Source: Chiloscyllium plagiosum
Lineage: Eukaryota
NCBI RefSeq assembly: GCF_004010195.1
Contig: NC_057714.1
Coordinates: 117,620,638-117,684,637, forward strand
Reading direction: 5' to 3'
DNA length: 64,000 nucleotides
Every line of letters begins with the position of its first letter. Position 1 is the first letter of the stretch. Under the pieces are notes generated by a model, which was not told the DNA's origin, searched no databases, and worked only from the letters and a program-made list of their open reading frames with translations. Both the position numbers and the translations under genes were made by a program. Positions 50,375 through 60,544 of this stretch are shown here, piece by piece.

Positions 50375-50615
50375 ATACTACAACCTCGGTTATCCAAACA
50401 AGACGAGTGGGGAGTATTTTGTTCGAATAACTGATCCGATTGTAAACAAGCGATAATTTGACCGCTGTTTATCAAACATGCCTCAGTTATCCGGCATTGC
50501 ATGCCATAATGCTGTTTAACTGTGAACTGAATGCTGAGTTGCCTCATGCCGTTTTTACAGGACGTTGAGAGCTTTTTCAGATAATTGATGTTCAGATAAT
50601 CGAGGTTACACTGTA
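50375..50615. mobile_element. Tc1/mariner-pogo (Tigger-like) MITE
   Basis: Imperfect terminal inverted repeats aacctcggttatccaaa and ttcagataatcgaggttacactg, flanked by TA. Confidence 0.6.
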
Positions 50616-52045
50616 TGTGACATAAGAGGGCACTGTTTACAGATATGGAAAACACTGCCTGGAATCAATTCAGTGGAGCCACTGCAAGTTGAATCCAGAC
50701 TGTCTGACAAGGATGTACTAGTAGTAACTCATTGACAAGTTCAATATTTTATATCAAGAAGCAGAAAACACCAAAAAGACACGTCCGTTGGCAGAAGGGT
50801 CAAGAATCAGGACATTGATTTAAGATAAATGACAGAAGAAATCGTGACACAAATATATTTTTACATGAGTGCTTATGATCTGGCATGCATTACCAGAGAG
50901 TGCAGCCAGATTCAACATAGGGTTCTAAAAAGAAATTGGATAAGCACTGGGAGAGAGAATTTGCCAGGTCATATAGAAGGAGGAGGGGAATGGGACTAGC
51001 TGAATTTATTTGGCAACTGTTATGTATGGCCTCTTTCTATGCTATAATCATTGAGAATGATAAATAGCTAGAATGTTGATTAGAGTGGTGGCAACAGTGT
51101 AGTGTCCCTGCAATGAATGAGAAAATTATTCTTGGTGAGAGTCTCGTTTCTGAAGATTTTTGACTCGTACTTATTGTGACTAATGGAATAATCTCAAACT
51201 CATACATGCAATCGAGCCAGAGTCTGCCACTCTGAACCTGAACAGTGCTTCGTCTACTTCAGAATGCCCTGGGAGAGGCAACACGTTGAAACATTTGAAC
51301 AACAAACTAAGCAAGTCATTTCATGCTGCCATTATGCAAAGGTAACACAGATAGTATTTTCCATTAATGGGGTGCTGTGTGCCCAAAAGGATGCTCTACT
51401 ACTCTTTACAGTTATATATGATTTGTATATTGCATCATTGTATATGAATTTCCGTGCCAATGCAATGCCAGGTCCATAGGCTGTACATCTTGCAGTTCCT
51501 TCAGCTGTTTGTAATAGACAGAGCACAAACTGTATCCAACCAACCTGTACTGGCAAAACCCAAAACCAAAGTCTACCTTTTGGAGTCAATAAAATGTGAA
51601 GCTGGAAAAACACAACAGGTCAGACATCATCGAAGGAGCAGGAAAGTCGATCTTTTGGGTCAGGACTGGGGAAGGAGACTTGGGAATAAATAGAGGGAGG
51701 AGAGTGGGGTTGGGGCTTGAGATTCTGTAACTGGGAAGCACTTGCTTGAATAATCCTGGCTATAAATGGCTCTACGAACAACCAATTTCAGATAACAAAT
51801 TAAGGTGGGAACAAAGCTCATTTATGCTCATTAGAAGTACATTGATTCATACACAAGAATCCAGACACTGCAAACAAGAATATGCTCAAGCCTTGTGCCT
51901 TTTTTGAACTATCCAAGAGCTCACTGAACCGACAGTTCCTTGCTGTGTTCTTCATGGAAATATTTCAGCCAATTAAGAGACAACTTGCTGACCAATCAGC
52001 ACCCTTTTCTCCAAAAGTATGAGTTTTTGTGATCATTTTGAAGTT

Positions 52046-52334
52046 TTGCATTCTTGCATGTCTAGAAGCATGGCATTCCAACCAGAACTCTATCAACAAA
52101 TACATTGATTTGGATCCCATTTACCTCCCCCTGAGAAAAAGAACAAGAAATGATGTCACCACAGGAAATGACATCACCAACCCAAGGAAACCTAAATACA
52201 TAATTAGAAAGTAATCCATACCACCAGTGTTTCACCCAAAGGCTCACTGATAATGTTACCTGGTATGGTGACAAAACGTCTGAAAACGAACCTTCCAGCT
52301 CAGCGAGCAAACCTACATCCTTGCATTCTTGCAT
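52046..52334 (+). mobile_element. Penelope (Poseidon-like) 3' end with decayed hammerhead, 14-bp TSD
   Basis: LEAWHSNQNSINKYIDLDPIYLPL (GIY-YIG C-terminus). TCA-CTGATAA-T-GTTACC-tggtat-GGTGAC-AAAAC-GTC-TGA. TTGCATTCTTGCAT at 52046-52059 and 52321-52334. Confidence 0.8.
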
Positions 52335-52711
52335 TGGTCCTAATGAGTGCAAGCCAGAAAACTTATGACTTTTTTTCACAACATTGAAGGTGGATTAGTG
52401 TTTTGTGAGGGAGGGACACATGTAGGATCCCGAGACAGATTTGATAGTTATCTCTGCAATTTATTTCTCCGCCCTGATGCCATTCATAACACTGTCTGCC
52501 GTTTTTCTTGAGGTCAATTAAACCAGTATCACTGGTGTACTTTACTGCCAATGATAGTCAGTGTATTTAATAAGAGTCTGAAATGAGTTTATTATATAGG
52601 ATTTTTTGCCTGTCCTGACACTGGGGAAAAATATGCTCACGTACAACTTGTTTTGGTTGTGGAGAAGGTTCTAAAGACTATTTTCTTGCAATTCCTCTAC
52701 ACAAAATGCAG

Positions 52712-52989
52712 CAAAAAAGAAGTTGAGGCGGCCTTTAAAATGGATTGCTGATTGCTACCATGCTGGAATGTCAGCCAGTGAACGGAGGAGAATTCAGAAC
52801 AACTTCATGAGTGGTCAGCTGCGTATTGTGGTGGCAACAGTGGCATTTGGCATGGGATTGGATAAGTCGGATGTCCGAGGAATCATACACTATAATATAC
52901 CAAAGGGCTTTGAGAATTATGTGCAAGAAATTGGCCGTGCTGGGAGAGATGGGAAGCCTGCCCATTGCCATCTCTTCCTCGACCCAGAC
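52712..52989 (+). CDS. RECQL4: RECQL4 coding exon 16 (motifs IVa, V, VI); last exon found in the window
   Basis: [41 protein letters not shown]...[24 protein letters not shown]|GTGAGT donor, phase 1 to 0. Confidence 0.97.
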
Positions 52990-53019
52990 GTGAGTACAAA
53001 CCTGTTTTGTATTAGTTAC

Positions 53020-53220
53020 GATGTGAGGTGCTGGTGTTGGATTGGGCTGGACAAAGTCAAGTCACACGACACCAGGTCATAGTCCAACAGGTTATATGAA
53101 ATCACAAGCTTTCAGAGCGCTGCTCCTTCACCTGATGAAAGGTCAGTGCTCTGAAAGGTTTGATTTCATATTAACCTGTTGGGCTGTAACCCGGTGTTGT
53201 GTGACTTCTGACTTTGTATT
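53020..53220. mobile_element. Inverted Penelope-like pLTR pair (degenerate)
   Basis: acaaagtcaagtcacacgacaccagg and ccggtgttgtgtgacttctgactttgt arms; central CACCTGATGAAAGG. Confidence 0.7.
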
Positions 53221-53339
53221 GCTTACTTTTGAGATTTGCCCTTCTGCCTCCCTGGTGCTGGAAGCAATTACTGTGTCTCTTTGCACTGGTAGGAGGATCA
53301 TTAATAGAGAACACAGAGCAAAGTTAATTAGCAAAAGAA

Positions 53340-54742
53340 CAGTTCATTGTCCCATGAAAGTGGAGTTGCAGTTGGACAGAGTCGTAAAGCAGATGTTTGG
53401 TATGCTTGCCTTTATTAATCAGTTCATTGAGTGTCAGAGTTGAGAGGTCATGTTGCAGCTATACAGGACATTGGTTAGGTCAATTCTGTATCCAGTTCTG
53501 CTTTCCCTGCTCTGGGGAAGATGTTGTAAACCTTGAAAGGGTTCAGAAAACATTTACAAGGATGTTGCCAGGGTTGGAGAGTTTGAACGATAGGGAGAGG
53601 CTGAACAGGCTGGTGTTGTTTTCCCTGGAGTGTCAAAGGCTGAAGGGTGACATTATAGAGGTTTATAAAATTATGAGAGACATGGATAAGGTTAACAGCC
53701 AAGATCTTTTCCCCAGGAAAAGGGAATCCAAAACTAGAGAGCATAGTTGAGAGGGGTAGGATATAAAAGGGACCAAATGAGCAACTTGTTTCTGCAGAGG
53801 TTGGTGTGAATGGAATGAGCTGTCAGAGGAAGTGAGAGACTGGGACAATTGCAGCATTTAAAAGGGATCTGGATGGATATATGAATAGAAGGGTTTAAGA
53901 GGGATATGGGCCAATTGCTGACAAATGAGACGAGATTAATTTAGGATATCTGGTCAGCATGGACTGAAGGGTCTGTTTTTGTTCTATACAGTTCTATGAT
54001 CAGAGGAGAAATGATTTCTTTGTTTAACATAGAAAGGTGATATTCTCAGAAATGTATAGTCTGGAAAGGTGATGGAAGCAAAGTCAACAGCATCTTTCAG
54101 TAGGAATTTTTTTTTAAAAAGATGCAATTTGCAGGGCTGTGCTGACAGAGAATGGGACTAATTGGATAGTTCATAGAGCTAGAAGAGACACAGTGGTCCA
54201 AATGGCAATCTCCTGTGCTTATCATTCAACTGGTACAGAAACAGTCAGGTTAGCTATCTCTTTGCAGTCAGATCCTCCTGTTACTTGATGTCAGTCTGGC
54301 ATATTTCAAACAGCTGAAATAAACTGATCACGAGCAAGCCTTCAGCTGTATTTTACTTTTCCCACAAACACCAGGGACCCCCCTCCCTCTTTATTTTGTT
54401 CAGAACATAGGACCATTCAAGAGTCATAGAGATGTACAGCATGGAAACAGACCCTTCGGTCCAACTTGTCCATGCCAACCAGATATCCCAACCCAATCTA
54501 GTCCCACCTGCCAGCACCTGGCCCATATCCCTCCAAACCCTTCCTATTCATATACCCATTCAAATGCCTCTTAAATGTTGCAATTGTACCAGCCTTCACC
54601 ACTTCCTCTGGCAGCTCATTCCATACACGTACCACCCTCTGTGAAAAAGTTGCCCCTTAAATCTCTTTTATATCTTGCCCATCTCACCCTAAACCCATGT
54701 CCTCTAGCTCTGGACTCCCCAATCCCAGGGAAAAGACTTTCC
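53340..54742. mobile_element. CR1 3' fragments (+ 53340-54000, - 54420-54742)
   Basis: LERVQKTFTRMLPGLESL..RERLNRL.LFSLE..RLKGDIIEVYKIM and the standard tail. Confidence 0.8.
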
Positions 54743-55371
54743 CTTGATACCCAACAATCAGAAGGTTTGAAGAATAATTGTATAGCTGTTAATATTTTCA
54801 TTTAATGAATTAAACATATTCACATTCCCTTCCTAAATTGCAATGGAAATTGCCTATAAAAGCTTGTCAGGCTGGCCATGTGTGTGAAAAGAGTACAAGC
54901 TTTAAATGCTTGTGGAAATAGGATTTAGGATAGAAATAAAAAAATGAATGAAGTAATATTTAGAGGTATTGAGTAATAAGTTAACTGCCTTGATTCAATC
55001 ACTCTTGTTAGATACTGGAGATTAGAACTGTACCTTTACATTGATTGCAGGGGAGCCAGAAATGGAAATTCACACTGATCAAGTTTAAGCTGTTCCATTT
55101 TGTAATTAAGTGTTAATTAATGTGAAAAAGTGCCTACAATGGAAGTAAATAGACTTCCCAGCTGATAACAAAGTAATTCATGTCCTAAAATAAAAACCCA
55201 GAGAAACCAAGTAATGATGCTGAAAGATTTGTTATTATGGTAAACATTTTCTTTGGAAAACATTTCTTAAAATACTGTATAAGTAATCTGCAGTATAAAT
55301 TTGAGTGTACTTTGTTTTAAAAAAGCTTGGATAAATCAAGTTTGTTTTCTAATATCAATGTAATCACATTC

Positions 55372-56489
55372 GCCCCTGGATGGTGTCCTGGCCTGTCTCA
55401 CTGGCCCTGTGGCTGGTGTCCTGGACCGTCCCTCTGGCCCAGTGGATGGTGTCCTGGCCTGGCCCTCTGGCTCTGTGGCTGGTGTCCTGTCCTGGCCCTC
55501 TGGCCCCATGGCCCATTGGATGGTGTCCTGGCCCGTCCCTCTGGCCCCGTGGATGGTGTCCTGGCCCGTCCCTCTGGTCCCTTGGCTGGTGTCCTGGCTT
55601 GACCCTCTGGACCGTCCCTCTGGCCCCGTGGATGGTGTGGCCTTTTGGCTCCGTGGATGGTGTCCTGGCCTGGCCTTTTGGCTCCGTGGCTGGTGTCCTG
55701 GCCTGTCCCTCTGGCCCCTTGGCTGGTGTCCTGGCCTGGCCCTCTGGACCGTCCCTCTGGCCCCGTGGATGGTGTCCTGGCCTGGCCCTCTGGCCCATTT
55801 AATGGTGTCCTGGCCCGTCCCTCTGGCCCCGTGGATGGTGTCCTGGCCCGTCCCTCTGGTCCCTTGGCTGGTGTCCTGGCTTGACCCTCTGGACCGTCCC
55901 TCTGGCCCCGTGGATGGTGACCCTCTGGACCGTCCCTCTGGCCCCGTGGATGGTGTCCTGGCCTGACCCTCTGGCCTGTCCCTTTGGCCCAGTGGCAGGT
56001 GTCCTGGCCTGTCCCACTGGTCCCGTGGATGGTGTCCTGTCCTGGCCCTCTGGCCTGTCCCTCTGGCCCAGTGGATAGTGTCCTGATCTGTCCCTCTGGC
56101 CCCATGGCTGGTGTCCTAGCCCGTCCCTTTGGCCCAGTGGCTGGTGTCCTGTCCTGGCCCTCTGGCCTTTCCCTCTGGCCCAGTGGCTGATGTCCTGGCC
56201 TGTCCCTCTGGCCCAGTGGATGGTGTCCTGGCCTGGCCCTCTGGCCCACTGGATGGTGTCCTGGCCCGTCCCTCTGACCCCGTGGATGGTGTCCTGGCCC
56301 GTCCCTCTGACCCCGTGGCTGGTGTCCTGTCCTGGCCTGTCCCTCTGGCCCACTGGATGGTGTCCTGGCCTGTCCCTCTGACCCCGTGGCTGGTGTCCTG
56401 TCCTGGCCTGTCCCTCTGACCCCGTGGATGGTGTCCTGGCCCGTCCCTCTGGCCCAGTGGATGGTGTCCTGTCCTGGCCCTCTGGCTGG
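55372..56489. repeat. About 33-bp GC-rich minisatellite beginning at the MBLAC2-like stop codon
   Basis: Units GGTGTCCTGGCC(C/T)GTCCCTCTGGCCC(C/A)GTGG(A/C)T with 5-nt and sub-unit length variants over about 1.1 kb. Confidence 0.95.
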
Positions 56490-57326
56490 TCATCTGGTCA
56501 AGTGCCTCCCCCTCAGTGCTACGTTTGCCAGGCAGCCGATGGCACTGGCCGTAATCCTGTGGCAGAGCCCAGCCCGGGCCAGGTAGTCGGAGGCCAGGCT
56601 GCGCATCGTGTCGGGCCCGAAGGGGTCGAAGTGCCCGGGCAGCACGGTGTGTACCTGGCCTTGGTCCAGCAGCTCCAGGAGGTGCCTGCAGCTCCGGCGG
56701 TAATGGCCCACATTGCTGTGGGGCAGCCAGTCAATGAGAGCCCCCTGGTACAGGGTGTCCCCGGTGAACAGGAGGCCGCGCCTGGCCTCATGGAGACACA
56801 CGCTGCCCCGGGAGTGCCCGGGGGTGTGCAGCACCCGGAGCTGCTGCGTGTCCCCCAGCTCCAGCAGGTCACCGTGCTCCAGCAGGAGGCCGGCCCTGAC
56901 GGCCTGTACCCGGTAACCGCGGGCCGTCCATCCTGGGCCTGCCCCGGGAGGCGGGCGCCTCAGCTCCCGCTCGCTGAGCCAGCTGACCGCCTCGAGCTGG
57001 TCGCCGCGGGCCAGCGCCTCCGCCTCGGCGCGGTGCACCGCCACCTGGCCGCCCTCGAAGTGCCGCAGGCCGCCCGCGTGGTCGAAGTGGACGTGGGTGG
57101 CGACGGCGAGCAGCGGCCGGTGGCCGGCGAGCAGGCCGTGCCGCCGCAGGTACTCGGGCAGGCTGCCCAGGCCCAGGCCCGTGTCCACCACCACGTCCCG
57201 ATCGGAGCCCCGCAGCAGCCACATGTTCGCCCGGTTCCCCGACTCGAAGTAACGCTCCCGGATCAGGTAGAGGCCGTCAGCCAGGCGCTGGTGGTAGAAC
57301 CACTCCCCGGTGTCCGTGCCCTCCAT
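56490..57326 (-). CDS. MBLAC2: MBLAC2-like metallo-beta-lactamase-fold protein (acyl-CoA thioesterase family), intronless, 278 aa
   Basis: Colinear over its full length with human MBLAC2 as I recall it: [53 protein letters not shown] (HxHxDH), [36 protein letters not shown] in strong Kozak context (GGGATGG). Orthologue versus paralogue is not determined. Confidence 0.9.
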   Translation of the reverse strand: MEGTDTGEWFYHQRLADGLYLIRERYFESGNRANMWLLRGSDRDVVVDTGLGLGSLPEYLRRHGLLAGHRPLLAVATHVHFDHAGGLRHFEGGQVAVHRAEAEALARGDQLEAVSWLSERELRRPPPGAGPGWTARGYRVQAVRAGLLLEHGDLLELGDTQQLRVLHTPGHSRGSVCLHEARRGLLFTGDTLYQGALIDWLPHSNVGHYRRSCRHLLELLDQGQVHTVLPGHFDPFGPDTMRSLASDYLARAGLCHRITASAIGCLANVALRGRHLTR

Positions 57327-57632
57327 CCCCCAGAGTGACCCCGGGGAGGGGGTGGCTCCCCCAGACACTGGCCCCTTACTCCATTCACCACAGACTTGGG
57401 GAACTCTTAATCACATCTACATCTCAAACCTGGGAATAATTAATACAAACTCATCCACTCGCAGCATTTCCCGGTGGAGTGCTGTGCTGTCAGCTTTATC
57501 ACTGCTCCCTTACTGAGCACAGTGTTAAATATCACACAACACCAGGTTACAGTGCAGTCCCCCGCCCCCTCTCCCTTCGCTCTTCTGCAGTTCCCGTGTT
57601 GTGCTCCTTACAAATCAACTCTGCACTCCAGA

Positions 57633-57989
57633 ACTGAACCCATTTGCAACCCAGCGACTGCCCGCAGTGCTCTGTGTGTATTTCTGGGGGGAGGGGGGAA
57701 AGTGCACAGTGGAGCTTCCTATGGGTTGATACTGGGATTTTCTGCTCCTCCTGTTAATGCATTTAATATTCCGGATCTTGATCTGCAGGGGACAATTTTC
57801 AATTTTCCGCACTGAACCCATTTGCAAACCCAGCGACTGCCCGCAGTGCCCGTGTGTATTTCTGGGGGGAGGGGGGAAAAGTGCACAGTGGAGCTTCCTA
57901 TGGGTTGATACTGGGATTTTCTGCTCCTCCTGTTAATGCATTTAATATTCCGGATCTTGATCTGCAGGGGACAATTTTCAATTTTCCGC
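57633..57989. repeat. Near-identical tandem duplication (178 bp + 179 bp)
   Basis: 57633-57810 and 57811-57989 both run ACTGAACCCATTTGCAA...ATTTTCAATTTTCCGC. Confidence 0.95.
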
Positions 57990-58499
57990 AATGACACTAA
58001 ACTTGTTAAAATTGCAAACTGTGAGGACAGTGTGGAACTCCACACTGGGGGAGTGGAAGGATGAGGTTCAATGCAGAGAAGTGTGTGGTGATGCATCAAT
58101 AGAAAGAATAATTAATAAAGCATCCAGTTTCCCCATCCTCAGCTCAACTACCTTTAATTTGCTTCATCAAGAAGACCACACCACGAATGTGCAGAAGTAG
58201 GCAATTCAACTGTTTTGTTTTGCCATTCAGTGAGATCACGGCTGATCTGATAATCCGCAACTCTACTTTCCTGCCTTTTCATCATAATCCTTGATTCCAT
58301 TATTGATTAGAGATCTGTTTTTGTTTTAGAACATAGAGAACATAGAACAGTATAGCACAGTACAGGCCCTTCAGCCCTTAATGTTGTACCGACCTTTTAT
58401 CCTACTGTAACATCAAACTAACCTACATACCCTTCATTGTACTAACTTCCATGTATTTATCCAAGAGTTGCTTAAATGTCCCTAATGTATCTGACAGGC

Positions 58500-58625
58500 A
58501 GTGTATTCCAGAGATACAGATTCCTGATGAAGGGCTTTTGCCCGAAACGTCGATTTTGCTGCTCGTCGGATGCTGCCTGAATTGCTGTGCTCTTCCAGCA
58601 CCACTGATCCAGAAAGTGTATTCCA
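58500..58625 (+). mobile_element. Penelope-like mini insertion with intact hammerhead core, 11-bp TSD, nested in a CR1 tail
   Basis: AGTGTATTCCA at 58500-58510 and 58615-58625. CTGATGA-A-GGGC-tttt-GCCC-GAAAC-GTC at 58524-58551. Confidence 0.85.
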
Positions 58626-58747
58626 TGCACCCACCACTCTCTGACATCTCCCCTAAACCTTCCTTAAATCGCCTTAAAATTATGGTCCCTCGTGATAGAC
58701 ATTTCCGCCATGGGAAAACGTCTCTGGCTATCCACTCTATCTATGCC

Positions 58748-59140
58748 TCTCATCATCTTTAAACACCACACAACATTGTAGTCCAATGGTTTATTTGGGA
58801 GCACTAGCTTTCAGAGCGCTGCTCCTTCATCAGGTAACTAGTGGGACAGCCATCATAAGACACCAAATTTATAGCAAAAGATTAGTGTCATTCAACTGAA
58901 ATGATATATTAAACAAACCTAGCAATCTAGGTTTGTTCAATATATCACTTCAGTTTATTAAACAGTAATTTTTTGCTATACATGCTGTGTCTTATGGTCC
59001 TGCTCTACAATAACATGAAGGAGCAGCGCTCCGAAGGCTAGTGCTTCCAAATAAACCTGCTGGACTATAACCTGGTGTTGTGATTTTTAACTTGTCTACC
59101 CCAGATTAACATCAACTCCTCCACATCATCTCATCACCTT
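58748..59140. mobile_element. Palindromic Penelope-like insertion, 12-bp TSD (1 mismatch)
   Basis: TCTCATCA(T/C)CTT at 58748-58759 and 59129-59140. Arms are inverted about 58923. Minus-strand CTGATGAAGGAGCAGCGCTCTGAAAGCTAGTG at about 58802-58833. Confidence 0.8.
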
Positions 59141-59194
59141 GTACACCTCTATCAAGTCACCTCTCATCCCATTTCTCTCCAATGAGAAAATAAC

Positions 59195-60540
59195 CAGTGG
59201 AGTGCCACAACTGTGACCAGTGAGGTGCCACAAGGATCGGAGCTGGGTTCACTACTTTTTGTCATTTACATAAATGATTTGGATTCGAGCATAAGAGGTA
59301 CAGTTAGTAGGTTTGCAGATGACACCAAAATTGGAGGTGTAGTGGACAGTGAAGAAGGTTACCTCAGAGTACAACAGGATCTTGATCAGATGGGCCAATG
59401 GGCTGAGCAGTGGCAGATGGAGTTCAATTCAGATAAATGCGAGGTGCTGCATTTTGGGAAAGCAAATCTTAGCAGGACTTATACACTTAATGGTAAGTCC
59501 TAGGGAGTGCTGAACAAAGAGACCTTGGTGTGCAGGTTTATAGCTCCTTGAAAGTGGAGTTGCAGGTAGATAGGATAGTGAAGAAGGTGTTTGATTAGAT
59601 TCCCTACAGTGTGGAAACAGGCCCTTTGGCCCAACCAGTCCACACTGACCCTCCGAAGAGTAACCCACCCAGACCCATTTCCCTCTGGCTAATGCACCTA
59701 ATGCTGTGGGCAATTTAGCATGGCCAATTCACCTGACCTGCACATCTTTGGACTGTGGGAGGAAACCGGAGTACCCAGAGGAAACCCACGCAGACACAGA
59801 GAGAATGTACAAACTCCACACAGTCACCCGAGGCTGGAATCGAACCTGGGATCGTGGTGCTGTGTGGCAGCAGTGCTAACCACTGAGCCACCGTACCACC
59901 TCCTTTATTGGTCAGAGTATTGAGTACAGGAGTTGGGAGGTCATGTTGCGGCTGTACAGGACATTGGTTAGGCCAGTGTTGGAATATTGTGGGCAATTCT
60001 GGTCTCCTTCCTATCGGAAAGATGTTGTGAAACTTGAAAGGGTTCAGAAAAGATTTACAAGGATGTTGCCAGGGTTGGAGGATTTGAGCTATAGGGAGAG
60101 GTTGAATAGGCTGGGGCTGTTTTCCCTGGAGTGTCGGAGGCTGAGGGTTGACCTTATAGAAGTTTATAGAGGGGCATGGATAGGGTAAATAGACAAAGTA
60201 TTTTCCCTGGGGTGGAGGAGACCAGAACTAGAGGGCATAGGTTTAGGATGAGAGAGGGCATAGGTTTAGGGTGAGAGGGGAAAGATATAAAAGAGACCTA
60301 AGGGGTAACTTTTTCACGCAGAGGATGGTATCTGTATGGAATGAGCTGCCAGAGGATGTGGTGGAGGCTGGTACAATTGCAATATTTGAAAGGCATCTGA
60401 ATGAGTATATGAATAGGAAGGGTTTGGAGGGATATGGGCTGGGTACTGGCAGGTGGGACTAGATTGGGTTGGGATATCTAGTCGGCATGGATGAGTTGGA
60501 CTGAAGGGTCTATTTCTGTGCTGTACATCTGTATGACTTT
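59195..60540 (+). mobile_element. CR1 (HER1-like) RT to 3' end, with a nested HE1 SINE (-, 59592-59895)
   Basis: VPQGSELGSLLFVIYINDL, RFADDTKIGG, LYRTLVRPVLEYCGQFWSP, FFTQRMVSVWNELP. Confidence 0.9.
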
Positions 60541-60544
60541 ATAG

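Noticed and set aside
55040-55110. ttgcag/GGG as the acceptor of the next RECQL4 exon
   Set aside because: The phase-0 translation (GSQKWKFTLIK) does not resemble the expected DLxELRRH segment, so the next exon is presumed to lie beyond the window.
55327-56586. Collagen-like or Trp/Pro-rich ORFs in all frames
   Set aside because: Low-complexity minisatellite translations with register-shifting indels, and no true Gly-X-Y periodicity.
56424-57338. 304-aa ORF on the + strand
   Set aside because: Antisense shadow of the GC-rich MBLAC2-like CDS, with no recognisable motifs.
57327-57368. 14-codon N-terminal extension from a GTG start in the ORF track
   Set aside because: This is a vertebrate gene. 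The ATG at 57326 has a strong Kozak context and matches the MBLAC2 N-terminus.
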